A stretch of DNA of 64,000 nt from an uncultured Gammaproteobacteria bacterium (GTDB lineage: Bacteria > Patescibacteriota > Microgenomatia > JALYQM01), in assembly GCA_964535655.1 (NCBI GenBank), contig CAZHTP010000003.1, positions 65,186 through 129,185 on the forward strand, given 5' to 3'. Below the pieces are notes generated by a model. It was not told the origin of the DNA. It saw only the letters and a list, made by a program, of their open reading frames with translations, and made no database searches. Positions within the stretch are counted from its first letter, which is position 1. Each line of letters starts with the position of its first letter. Positions 27,960 through 37,275 of this stretch are shown in pieces. Position numbers and translations under genes: made by a program.

Positions 27960-29063
27960 TCAATCATAATTTCGTTTTAACTTATCTTTAGTCTTTTTTT
28001 CTTCTATTGCTAATTGTATAAGTCGATCGATGAGCTTGGGATACGGCAGCCCTGATGCTTCCCAGAGTTTAGGGTACATGCTTATTTTGGTGAATCCCGG
28101 TAATGTATTGATTTCATTAATATATACTTCTCCATCTTCGGTTAAAAAGGAATCAACTCGGGCAAATCCTTTGCACTCAAGGACAAGATATGCTTGGATA
28201 GCTAAATTCTGCATATGTTTCATTTGTAGATCCGAAAGTTTAGCAGGAATTTCTAACGAAGCACCATTCTCATCAATATACTTGGCATCATAGGAATAAA
28301 ACTCATGGTGCGGAATAACCTCTCCACACACAGATGATTCCGGACTCTCATTGCCTAAAATTGAACACTCAATTTCTCTGCCTTTAATATACTCTTCGAT
28401 AAGAATCTTGTTGTCGAATTGAAAAGCGTGATCAATGTATTTTCGCAATTCTTTTTCGCTTTGAGCCTTATTTACTCCGACAGAAGAACCAGCATTGGCC
28501 GGCTTAACAAATAAAGGGAAGCCGAGTGTGGCAATAATGTTCTTTAGGTTTTCTGGAGCATAATTCTTTTTTAGTGATACAAATTGCGCGACTGGGAGTC
28601 CAGCATCGCGCAGTAACCGTTTCATAACATCTTTGTCCATGCCAACGGCTGAGCCTAAAACTCCTGCGCCGACATAGGCTACGTTCATGACTTCAAACAT
28701 TCCTTGAAGGGATCCATCCTCACCTGTGGTTCCGTGAATGATATTGAAAAAGACATCTATAGATTCAGCTTTTTGATCGGTGCCTGTTACTTGCAAAGTA
28801 ACGCGATCTTCTTGAATTACTGGGGTTACCTTGGTGGTGCTTTGGCTATTTAGTGCAATTAATTTTGGATTGGTCTCATTAAGGAGTATCTTTGATCGCT
28901 CACCTGTGAGCCAGTGCCCCTGCTTATCTATTCCGATTAAGGAGACGTTATATTTTTCCTTATCAATAGCGTCATAGATAGATTTTGCAGACTGTAGTGA
29001 AACTTCATGCTCGCCGCTGCGGCCGCCAAATAAAATGCCAACATTAATTTTTTTGTCTGTCAT
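27960..29063 (-). CDS. ddl: D-alanine--D-alanine ligase
   Basis: INVGILFGGRSGEHEVSLQSA N-terminal signature and an ATP-grasp domain, ending ...EINTLPGFT. Its start overlaps the murF stop by ATGA. Confidence 0.9.
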   Translation of the reverse strand: MTDKKINVGILFGGRSGEHEVSLQSAKSIYDAIDKEKYNVSLIGIDKQGHWLTGERSKILLNETNPKLIALNSQSTTKVTPVIQEDRVTLQVTGTDQKAESIDVFFNIIHGTTGEDGSLQGMFEVMNVAYVGAGVLGSAVGMDKDVMKRLLRDAGLPVAQFVSLKKNYAPENLKNIIATLGFPLFVKPANAGSSVGVNKAQSEKELRKYIDHAFQFDNKILIEEYIKGREIECSILGNESPESSVCGEVIPHHEFYSYDAKYIDENGASLEIPAKLSDLQMKHMQNLAIQAYLVLECKGFARVDSFLTEDGEVYINEINTLPGFTKISMYPKLWEASGLPYPKLIDRLIQLAIEEKKTKDKLKRNYD

Positions 29064-30340
29064 AACCCTCGCTCCTTACGATACCCGTCCCAAAATATTT
29101 CACGCCTTGGTAGTTTTTTTATATCTTCAGGATTTGCTAGGAGATGTTGGATAAATCCATCAAAAACAAGCGACTGTGATGCTTTAAAAAGAATGGTCTC
29201 ATTTCCATGCAGACTTGCCTGCAGATATTTGAGTAATTCAGCATGGCTCGAAAAAGCGCGCGTTTTATTTGTATCGATACACAGTTTTTGAAGTTTTGGG
29301 TAGGTATACTTTACGACCCAAGGCCCAAGCAAAAGAATCTTATCCAGATTCATTTCCGCGAGTTTCTCTGCCAGTTTTTCATGCTCTTCTTGAGTTTCTT
29401 TACCCAACTCTTTCATATCCCCCAGAACAGCCCATTTTTTGTCTACCTTTAAACTCTCATACATATTAAGCATCACGAACATTGAAGCAAGATTCGCGTT
29501 GTATGAACTATCAATGAGTGTGGTATTTTTGACGCCTTTATACATAGAAGAACGAGCGGTAGGAATTTCTAAATGCGAGAAATGATAATCTGGATTAATA
29601 TTCAGAAACTGTGCTAATTCCATTGTCTCGGCAATTGTTAAGTATATTTCCCTTGGTTGCAAAGTATTGAATTCATATATGGCTTCTTGTATTTCGAAAG
29701 TAGTTCCTGAGGATGTAAGGGCGTGTGACTGGAGATATTCAGCCTCTTTGATCTGAATTACTTGTGCGTTACTATTTTTCACTTGCGTTTTCATAAGCTT
29801 TGAATCGCCGTTAATTATCACCAGTTTCTTAGTATTTCGTATAAAATATCCGAATTCATGAGCAATAGCATCTTCTACTGTTTTAAACTGCCCTGAATCG
29901 ACTAAGTTATCAAAATTTTCACTGTGAGTTCGTGAAACGCTAATCCATAACGTTACATCAGGCTTTAAAAACTCGGCAAGGAACTTCCCTTCTCCAGGCC
30001 GATCGCAGTCACATTCTGCTACATATATTTTTTGAGATGGAGGATTGGTAAAGGCTTTAAAAGGTGCTGATAAAATTAACCCCGGCCATTCGCTGCTGTT
30101 AAGTGTTTTTCTCTCCAGACCAAGGATATCAAACGGTATTCCAAGAGCTGAATTGGCATGATGGGAATATTTAGCGACTTGCAGCAACTGTGACTCAATA
30201 AAATGCATTAATGTAGTTTTTCCTGACGAACCAGTTACTACAACGACTTGCGGGTTCCATCGGGATAATCTTATTTGGGCGAAGAAGCGAAAATACCACG
30301 CTACAATAAAATATAATCGTTTTTTAAGTTCATCGATCAT
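29060..30340 (-). CDS. murF: UDP-N-acetylmuramoyl-tripeptide--D-alanyl-D-alanine ligase
   Basis: Mur ligase P-loop VVVTGSSGKTT, the Mur ligase central and C-terminal domains, and its position immediately upstream of ddl. Confidence 0.8.
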   Translation of the reverse strand: MIDELKKRLYFIVAWYFRFFAQIRLSRWNPQVVVVTGSSGKTTLMHFIESQLLQVAKYSHHANSALGIPFDILGLERKTLNSSEWPGLILSAPFKAFTNPPSQKIYVAECDCDRPGEGKFLAEFLKPDVTLWISVSRTHSENFDNLVDSGQFKTVEDAIAHEFGYFIRNTKKLVIINGDSKLMKTQVKNSNAQVIQIKEAEYLQSHALTSSGTTFEIQEAIYEFNTLQPREIYLTIAETMELAQFLNINPDYHFSHLEIPTARSSMYKGVKNTTLIDSSYNANLASMFVMLNMYESLKVDKKWAVLGDMKELGKETQEEHEKLAEKLAEMNLDKILLLGPWVVKYTYPKLQKLCIDTNKTRAFSSHAELLKYLQASLHGNETILFKASQSLVFDGFIQHLLANPEDIKKLPRREIFWDGYRKERGL

Positions 30341-30376
30341 GATGCCATTTTACCATTTTTTCATTGTCGATGCAGG

Positions 30377-30922
30377 TTACTTTTGACTCGGAGTATTTGA
30401 CGTATATGCTTTGTATAAACTCCAGCTCGCTAGTGTTCCGCTATCAGAGATTTCTCCCTGTGCGATCATCTCATCAATTTCCTTCTGGGTAAACCAAAAA
30501 ATCTCGATTATTTCTTCAGTATCGCCAGGCAAGAACTTTCCTACAAGATCTTTAGCGATATAGACCTCGGTCTTTGCATCCGAACGACGAGGATGCGCAT
30601 AGTAAAATCCTATTTTAACTAGATTATTTGCATGTAGCCCAGTTTCTTCAGTTAATTCGCGCAGTGCACCTGCTTTGCTTTCTTCTCCGTGTGGAACTAC
30701 ACCACCAGGGAATTGATACAGACTGTTGTTTAAAGGGTACGTGTATTCTTTTTGAAGAAGTATTTTCTCATCCTCTTGAACAGGAATTATTGCGGCAGCA
30801 TTTCCAGGGAATTCAATTCTTAAATATGTTGATTCTTCGCCGTTATGGAGCGTAATATCGTCTTCAATAATATTCATTCGTTTATGAGTAAACAATTTTT
30901 TAGAACCTTTTTTTTGCCACAT
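30377..30922 (-). CDS. NUDIX hydrolase
   Basis: GGVVPHGEESKAGALRELTEETGL matches the Nudix box GX5EX7REUXEEXGU. Confidence 0.8.
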   Translation of the reverse strand: MWQKKGSKKLFTHKRMNIIEDDITLHNGEESTYLRIEFPGNAAAIIPVQEDEKILLQKEYTYPLNNSLYQFPGGVVPHGEESKAGALRELTEETGLHANNLVKIGFYYAHPRRSDAKTEVYIAKDLVGKFLPGDTEEIIEIFWFTQKEIDEMIAQGEISDSGTLASWSLYKAYTSNTPSQK

Positions 30923-31359
30923 TATCTATCCTTTTTTCGGTATACCAATTTTAATCCAGACCAGACTTCATCAATTGCTGCGACTTTTACATCTACTAAG
31001 CCTTCCTCAAGTGCAAATTCCCGAATATCGTTTTCGTCGAGGTCTGTTTCTACTTTGCTGGCCTTTTTAGGCCATGAGACCCAGATCATACCATCTTTTT
31101 TTATTTGAGACTTACATTGTTTAAGACGCTTTTGATAATCACTCTTTTTATTCGTAAATATTTGAATAAAATCGATGTCGCCAACGCGCTCTGATACTTC
31201 AACGGCATGGGTGGGGCCTAACAAATTACGATACCCCGTTGGCGCGTTACAGAACATAATTCGATCGCCGGGGTTAATGCCTAATTTCTTAACTAGTGGG
31301 GTATTCGAATATCCGGACATATTATTCTCCCTTATATAATAAGATAAACCTTCGTCCAT
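30922..31359 (-). CDS. hypothetical protein (DUF3052-like)
   Basis: SGYSNTPLVKKLGINPGDRI resembles the DUF3052 N-terminal block. The likely start is ATG 31320, 1 nt after the upstream stop. Confidence 0.4.
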   Translation of the reverse strand: MDEGLSYYIRENNMSGYSNTPLVKKLGINPGDRIMFCNAPTGYRNLLGPTHAVEVSERVGDIDFIQIFTNKKSDYQKRLKQCKSQIKKDGMIWVSWPKKASKVETDLDENDIREFALEEGLVDVKVAAIDEVWSGLKLVYRKKDR

Positions 31360-33244
31360 CTTTTTTTTGGAGGGCTATAACACCAGTCGGCTCAAAATGA
31401 GGGGAATTTTGAGGAAGTTGTTTAATAGACACTGCTTTATAGCTTATAATTTTTTGTAACTCTTCTTTATTATAGTACTCCTTAGCAAATCCGATAGGAG
31501 AGTCCCAATCTGGTGGACTATTTTCAAGATATTTTTTAATTACGCGAAAGCGTTTTATATTTGTAAGCTCACCTACTTGATAAACAAGTTCGTTCTCATT
31601 TTCAATTTTATCAGCTCTGATAAATATGAATGGCTGGATATGAGCTTTTGGATCCTCAGAGATTTTCGTTTCAATAGTATCACTCGGGCTATAATGAGGA
31701 AGAATAATTTCCCAGTTCCACATTACTTTCCATCTATTATTAATTCGCACCAGTTTAATGCTTTTTTCGTGGCTTAATTCTCCAAGCGGTGTTTTGTGCA
31801 CTATCGTGTTTTTTAGCGTCGCAAAGTTCTGCCAAGGGAAGACAAATGGAGTGTTTACCGCTACTTTTTTGCCTATAGATTGTAAGGATTTATCTACTTC
31901 CAGTAATTCCCGCCAAAATAAATCTCGATTGGTTTGTGCTTGTGATTTTGAATCTAGCATTCCATATACTTCTTGATATGTACGATTTTGCATATTCAGC
32001 TGAAAATTGGTGGCTAATTCAGTTGGCTGAGGAAAGAGCAGATTAATTGCTTGCAAGATTACACATAGCGAAATTATTCCAATAGCCGGCCTAATATATT
32101 TTGTCTGAGGGAGATGCTTGCCCGCAAGTAATAATATAAATGGTACTACAAGTACTAAGTAGCGTGGCCAGAAGGTAATGAGCGATAATAAGAGCAGAGA
32201 TAAGCCCAAATATAGTAAAAGAAAGTTGGAGAAATAGTCTGTTTTACTCTGTAATTTAATTTTTTTGTAGAGCTGATATATGAATATGCCTAAACCCGTA
32301 GGCATTATAATTGACCACTCCGGGCTACTCTCCAAACCTGAATTCCACCACCCTTTATAGAGTGAGGTGGTCATTGTTAGCATTACCATGAACGGGACAA
32401 ACCCTGTATTCGAGTTGCGGTAAAAATTTATTATCCATTTTTGAGCTGCTATCCATTGAGCAATGGAACCTCCTTGAATAAAAAACTGGAGATTAGTAAA
32501 AAAATAGACTATTGGAATAGCACAAAGGATTGGTGCCAGCAGGATAACTTTTTTGTTTTTATGTAAGATATACCCATCAGCAATTAGAATTGGAATAATA
32601 AAAAGACCTATTTTTATTGATACAAAGCACCCAGCGCTAATACCGGCAGCTACTGCTAGTAAACATGCAGACTTTCGCGAATTTGCTGAAAGCGCTTTAA
32701 ATACAAATAAGACATGGGCTAAAAGCATACACATTTGAGGTAAGTCGAGTGTGGCGCGATAACTATTAGCTATTATTTGAGGAGTTAGCGCAAAAAGTAT
32801 GGTGATAAGATAGCGTCTATTTTGATTGGTAAAAAAGAAGCCTGTTAGTAGATAAAAGAAAATTATTGAAAAGATAACAAACGGTATTTCGTAAATTGAT
32901 GAATTATGGAAATATTTTATGGATATGCCTATTAAATATTTTCCAAGGGGAGGAACTTCGGGGGCAACATCATAGAGCTTCCCCCCGTTAATTAGTCGAT
33001 ACCCAGCAACTTCATAATTTCCATCATCTCCAATTGTTCGAATGCTATCGGGCACCCGCCACTGCGAATGATCATATAAATCATTCATGTACAGCGCCTC
33101 GAACTGGCTCAGAAAATAAGCCCGAAAGGCCCAAGCGTACAAAATAAGTAAACATGCGAGGATAGAATAAAATATTTTACTACTCATCTTCTGACATGAC
33201 CATGTGCACCTCCCAAGCCTAGAACTTGGAATTCTGCCATTCAA
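31322..33244 (-). CDS. GT-C fold membrane glycosyltransferase-like protein (ArnT/PMT-like) with a C-terminal soluble domain
   Basis: About 11 predicted TM helices in the N-terminal 420 aa, then a 200-aa soluble domain. The likely start is MSSKIF at about 33187. Confidence 0.45.
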   Translation of the reverse strand: MNGRIPSSRLGRCTWSCQKMSSKIFYSILACLLILYAWAFRAYFLSQFEALYMNDLYDHSQWRVPDSIRTIGDDGNYEVAGYRLINGGKLYDVAPEVPPLGKYLIGISIKYFHNSSIYEIPFVIFSIIFFYLLTGFFFTNQNRRYLITILFALTPQIIANSYRATLDLPQMCMLLAHVLFVFKALSANSRKSACLLAVAAGISAGCFVSIKIGLFIIPILIADGYILHKNKKVILLAPILCAIPIVYFFTNLQFFIQGGSIAQWIAAQKWIINFYRNSNTGFVPFMVMLTMTTSLYKGWWNSGLESSPEWSIIMPTGLGIFIYQLYKKIKLQSKTDYFSNFLLLYLGLSLLLLSLITFWPRYLVLVVPFILLLAGKHLPQTKYIRPAIGIISLCVILQAINLLFPQPTELATNFQLNMQNRTYQEVYGMLDSKSQAQTNRDLFWRELLEVDKSLQSIGKKVAVNTPFVFPWQNFATLKNTIVHKTPLGELSHEKSIKLVRINNRWKVMWNWEIILPHYSPSDTIETKISEDPKAHIQPFIFIRADKIENENELVYQVGELTNIKRFRVIKKYLENSPPDWDSPIGFAKEYYNKEELQKIISYKAVSIKQLPQNSPHFEPTGVIALQKKDGRRFILLYKGE

Positions 33245-33713
33245 TGAAAGTGCATCCGGTTGCTACTCTGTTTACTTTGTCCCATCCGGATGTGCTGCAT
33301 TTTTTAGCCCGTTTCCCCGTAGAGGTTGTAAACATAACTAGTTTGTTTCCACACTGGGGGCATGTCTCATCCAGCTCTTCTGAAGAGCTGTTGTTAATCC
33401 ATTCGATATAATCACAACCTGTGGGAGATTTGGTAGCAGCGTCCCAACCGGATGTGCTACACTTTTTCATCTTTTTACCGAAACGGGTTACCGCTAAGAC
33501 GAGAGGTTCTCCACATTTAGGGCATTTTTCATCTAATTCTTTTGGTTCTGTTTTTAACCATTTAACGTAATCACAGCCTTCGGTTTGGCGCGTTTCACGA
33601 TTCCATTTACCGTTTGAGCATCGTTGTAATTGCCTTTCTGTAGGAGTAGTTTCAACCGGTCCCAGCGGACTTCCGCATTTTGGGCATAATTCATCCGTTA
33701 ATGTATCATTCAT
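33219..33713 (-). CDS. stand-alone protein with three tandem topoisomerase-type C4 zinc ribbons
   Basis: Three repeats of about 55 aa each with the pattern CP[KQ]CG..L...G(K/R)..KKCS.SGWD....TGC.(Y/F)(I/V)EW: CPKCGSPL...CSNGKW..GCDYVKW, CPKCGEPL...CSTSGWD..GCDYIEW and CPQCGNKL...CSTSGWD..GCTFIEW. Confidence 0.55.
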   Translation of the reverse strand: MNDTLTDELCPKCGSPLGPVETTPTERQLQRCSNGKWNRETRQTEGCDYVKWLKTEPKELDEKCPKCGEPLVLAVTRFGKKMKKCSTSGWDAATKSPTGCDYIEWINNSSSEELDETCPQCGNKLVMFTTSTGKRAKKCSTSGWDKVNRVATGCTFIEWQNSKF

Positions 33714-33799
33714 AAAAATAAACAGGTGTCAGTTTGCCAGAGTTGCACCTGCTCTTCTTTCTTTACTTAAATTGTAATTTGATCCTCATGATAAATGGT

Positions 33800-34786
33800 T
33801 TAGAGATACTTTGCAATATTGCGCTGATGTTCTTCGAACGTACGAGCGTAGTAAGCAGTCCCGTTTGAATCATGTAAATAGAAGTAGTAATTATTTTTTT
33901 GAGGTGAAATTGCCGCTGCCAAGGCGCTGTTGCCTGGATTACAAATTGGTGTTGGAGGTAATCCTTTGTTTAAATAGGTATTATAGGGAGAATTTACTTC
34001 TTTATCGGCAGGAGTTGGCGATTTCCACCACCCTGCGGTTGAGTTCCCCACTGCGTATTGTAGAGTTGCATCAACTTGAAGTAATCCTGCTGTTTCTCCT
34101 GCTGTTTTTAGGCGATTTTCAATAATTCCTGCTATAGCCGGCCGATCCGTATCGTTTAGACCTTCCCGCTCGAGTAACGAAGCAATAATAATTGTTCTCT
34201 TTTTACTGTCAATGTCGGTTGGACCACGCAAACTGGCGTACTGTTTTTCAAACTGCTCATGCAAAACATTGATCACCTCATCGGCTGTTGCGGTTTTATG
34301 AAATTCATAGGTATCTGGGAAAAGCGTGCCCTGGCGCGGTCTTGCCAGTTCAAGAAATTTTTTACTATCGTATTGTTCGCCGAGAACTTTTTTTAACTGC
34401 GCATCCATTTCTTCGACCCGCCAACCTTCGTTAAAACGAATTTTGACATCTTGGATGCCAAGAGATAGTTCATGTAAGATTTCTTCAAAATTCATGGCCT
34501 GAGAAAATTGATGTTTACCTGCTTGAACGACTACTTCATCGCCGGAAATTTTTGTCCAGACGCGAAAAGCAAAAGCATTACGAATTAATTTTTGTTCTTC
34601 TAGGTTTTGCGCTACTTCAGCAAAAGATGAACCTGCTGGAACAATTATTTCCTGTTTTGTATTATTATCTGATACTGGTTTGACATTTGAACTATACCAC
34701 CACCAGGCACCACCTAGCGCTAGTGCAGTTACTAGAAAAAATGCACCTAGTGCTACAAATAACGTTTCTTCAATAAGTCTTTTCAT
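33800..34786 (-). CDS. mltG: endolytic murein transglycosylase MltG (YceG family)
   Basis: An N-terminal TM helix, the YceG-like domain and the C-terminal GLPPTPICNPG motif. Confidence 0.85.
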   Translation of the reverse strand: MKRLIEETLFVALGAFFLVTALALGGAWWWYSSNVKPVSDNNTKQEIIVPAGSSFAEVAQNLEEQKLIRNAFAFRVWTKISGDEVVVQAGKHQFSQAMNFEEILHELSLGIQDVKIRFNEGWRVEEMDAQLKKVLGEQYDSKKFLELARPRQGTLFPDTYEFHKTATADEVINVLHEQFEKQYASLRGPTDIDSKKRTIIIASLLEREGLNDTDRPAIAGIIENRLKTAGETAGLLQVDATLQYAVGNSTAGWWKSPTPADKEVNSPYNTYLNKGLPPTPICNPGNSALAAAISPQKNNYYFYLHDSNGTAYYARTFEEHQRNIAKYL

Positions 34787-34836
34787 AGCTTGATTATGGT
34801 AGCAGAATTATTAGTGAGGATGCAAGGCTTTTGAGT

Positions 34837-37275
34837 TTAGCGTACGCCTCGCTTGACTTCAATGTTTTTCTCAAGATGAGGTAAGGTTAGAAGCGGCCCT
34901 GGAAGATTTACTGAATATTGGAATGACACATCCAGAACTTTATTATTACTTAGAATTGTTTTGCGTGCAGCGTCTTCACTTTTCCCGAGAATGTCTTTAG
35001 CAATTTGTGATTCATCAATTTTTGGAATGATGTTTGCTTTACTGGTTGCAGTAAGCGTAAGCTTTCCTGATTTATCTAAACTTACGAAGTCTGTTTTAAT
35101 ATCTTTGCTATTATCTTTAAATTCGTATCCTTGCGGAACCGCTGCTGTCTGAATGTTGGCGAGTACTGTTTCAACATCGGATTTTTTAATTAAATATCCA
35201 TCGACTTTCATGGTGATATTATCAGAAATGGTGTCGCTTTCGTCATTTACATTTTTGTTAAATTTTTCAAGCGTTTGGCTTACTTGCCATGCCTTGTCCA
35301 GTAAAATACTATCTTCAGGAACTTTAGCGCGAAGTTCTGCTGGAATTTTGAGCTCCATATCTGACTTCAAATCTCGTGAAAGATTAGTGCGATCTGCCAG
35401 CGCCACAACACGGATATCCTTTTTAGAGCCCCCGGTAAACGCGTCAATTGCGATTGCTTCAAAATCATCTTTAGTAAATCCCGTTACCGTTAAAGAGGTG
35501 TCTTTAGCAATATTACCTTCTGCCCCAATATCCGACGCTGTTACATGAACTGATGATTTTCCGTTTGTTTTGGTTTCCCCACTTGCAGTAGTAGTTGCAC
35601 TTGCTGAAGCAACTGTTACACTTTCGGAAGTTACGAATTTGAGATTTCCTGATCGAAGTTCAGTGTTGGCACCGAACGTTTTATCTGAGCCTGTTTTGTT
35701 GTACAAAAACACCTGTCCTTTTGCTACTTGCCCGGTTGGTCGCTTCCCGGTAGTGTCGACCTGACGTGTGTCTTTTAGCTCAATAGAGATCTTTTGAGCC
35801 GGCATTGTATTATCTGAAGTAGAAACTGTAGCCTTTTCGAGTGCTGCAATCGTAACCTGCTTTTCTAGAACATCGGGTTTGACATACACCATTACTGTTG
35901 CTTTAGGGATATTCCATAATGCCCACCCCGCGACGCTTCCTCCTCCTAATAAAACCACAAATATTACAACGATAACTGTAATAAGCTGCGATGACTTTCT
36001 TCCTTGCGAGTAAGGAAACTTTAAAGATGGAAGGGCAAATTTCTTTTTTTCCTTAATTGGTTTTTGCCAGGGTTTTTCTGTTGTTTCTTCGGCATGCTGC
36101 GCTTCATCCTGCCAATTATGTACCGTTATTTCTTCAGTTTCGGCAACTGGGTCTTGCTGTATTTCAATTACTTGTTCAGGTTGTTCGTAGTGTTTTTCAA
36201 GATCCTCAGCGTGTTTTGGCAATACTTCATGTCCGGCAACATCTTTATCTTTTACAAAGCCAAAAGGTGCAGTATCGAGGGAAGCCGGGGCAGCGACCCC
36301 AACTGTCCCTACCGAAAGCAACTCTGTACCCTTTCGATCCGAGACTATTACTGGCACTGCGTGGACTTCAGGAGCAATGGCTGCTGAATTAAGCTCCTGA
36401 TATTCCAATGACTTAATAATTAATCTTCCCTGAATGCCATGTTGCCTGGCATAGTCTTTTGCAGCAATTAGAGATACCGCCAGCGAATCTACATGTTCTT
36501 CAAGAACTACTACTTTTGGTGCATGTAGGAAAGTTGGTGCGCCTTGAGAGCTAGCACTTTGCTCTCCGACGGTCCAAGCATATTTTGCAAGTTCATTGCT
36601 GGCCGCCGACAAGTCGCCATAGCCATATAAACATATACTTGCTGGAAAGGAGTTAAACGATTTAAACTGAGTAAGTCCGCGGTCAATATTTTTTCCTAAA
36701 CTTTCGCCTGTCCAGGAAATATAATGACTTTCTTTGATTTTGCCGTTTTCAACAAAAGAGATATTCCCACCCTCACGGGAACTTCCAATCATTAATGTGG
36801 TTGGTGGAGTTTTGTGTAAATATTGCAAATAATAGGAAATGGCGTGTGGAATCGATACATAGGCTATTGAAACCAGATCTAAATCTTTAGCCAGCTTTTC
36901 CATAAGATCATCATACTCCGGCAAAAGTTCTTCATTGATAATCCAACTCTGTGGCAAGCCAAACATTGTTTTTTTTACGTCTACTTCGGCTACAGTGCAC
37001 GCGATATCTATTGCGTCAGCTGCTTTTTCGAGTAGAATTCGATAGTCAACATTTTTTTCTTTTCCTGAGTCTGAATATGATTTTGTACCGACGCCTAAAA
37101 TATCTATGGCGTTTTCTTTAAGCTCCCAAATAGTTGCCTTTACGACTCCAGCCGATATAGAAAGAGCAAGCATTGGCTCCGGATCTGATGAATTTACTGC
37201 CTCTTCTTTTTGAAAGAGTTTGCCGATAATTTGCTTCATTAGAATAAATATAGATGAAGTGTCGCAAAAGTGCAA
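34837..37275 (-). CDS. FtsA/PilM-like actin-fold ATPase domain fused to a TM helix and a 350-aa extracytoplasmic domain
   Basis: The N-terminal 400 aa carries LALSISAGVVKATIWE...ILGVG, a phosphate-1-like motif of ASKHA ATPases. A TM helix LITVIVVIFVVLLGGGSVAGWALW lies at about aa 430, followed by a Thr/Ser/Lys-rich beta-like C-terminal domain. The likely start is MKQIIGK at about 37239. Confidence 0.4.
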   Translation of the reverse strand: MHFCDTSSIFILMKQIIGKLFQKEEAVNSSDPEPMLALSISAGVVKATIWELKENAIDILGVGTKSYSDSGKEKNVDYRILLEKAADAIDIACTVAEVDVKKTMFGLPQSWIINEELLPEYDDLMEKLAKDLDLVSIAYVSIPHAISYYLQYLHKTPPTTLMIGSSREGGNISFVENGKIKESHYISWTGESLGKNIDRGLTQFKSFNSFPASICLYGYGDLSAASNELAKYAWTVGEQSASSQGAPTFLHAPKVVVLEEHVDSLAVSLIAAKDYARQHGIQGRLIIKSLEYQELNSAAIAPEVHAVPVIVSDRKGTELLSVGTVGVAAPASLDTAPFGFVKDKDVAGHEVLPKHAEDLEKHYEQPEQVIEIQQDPVAETEEITVHNWQDEAQHAEETTEKPWQKPIKEKKKFALPSLKFPYSQGRKSSQLITVIVVIFVVLLGGGSVAGWALWNIPKATVMVYVKPDVLEKQVTIAALEKATVSTSDNTMPAQKISIELKDTRQVDTTGKRPTGQVAKGQVFLYNKTGSDKTFGANTELRSGNLKFVTSESVTVASASATTTASGETKTNGKSSVHVTASDIGAEGNIAKDTSLTVTGFTKDDFEAIAIDAFTGGSKKDIRVVALADRTNLSRDLKSDMELKIPAELRAKVPEDSILLDKAWQVSQTLEKFNKNVNDESDTISDNITMKVDGYLIKKSDVETVLANIQTAAVPQGYEFKDNSKDIKTDFVSLDKSGKLTLTATSKANIIPKIDESQIAKDILGKSEDAARKTILSNNKVLDVSFQYSVNLPGPLLTLPHLEKNIEVKRGVR

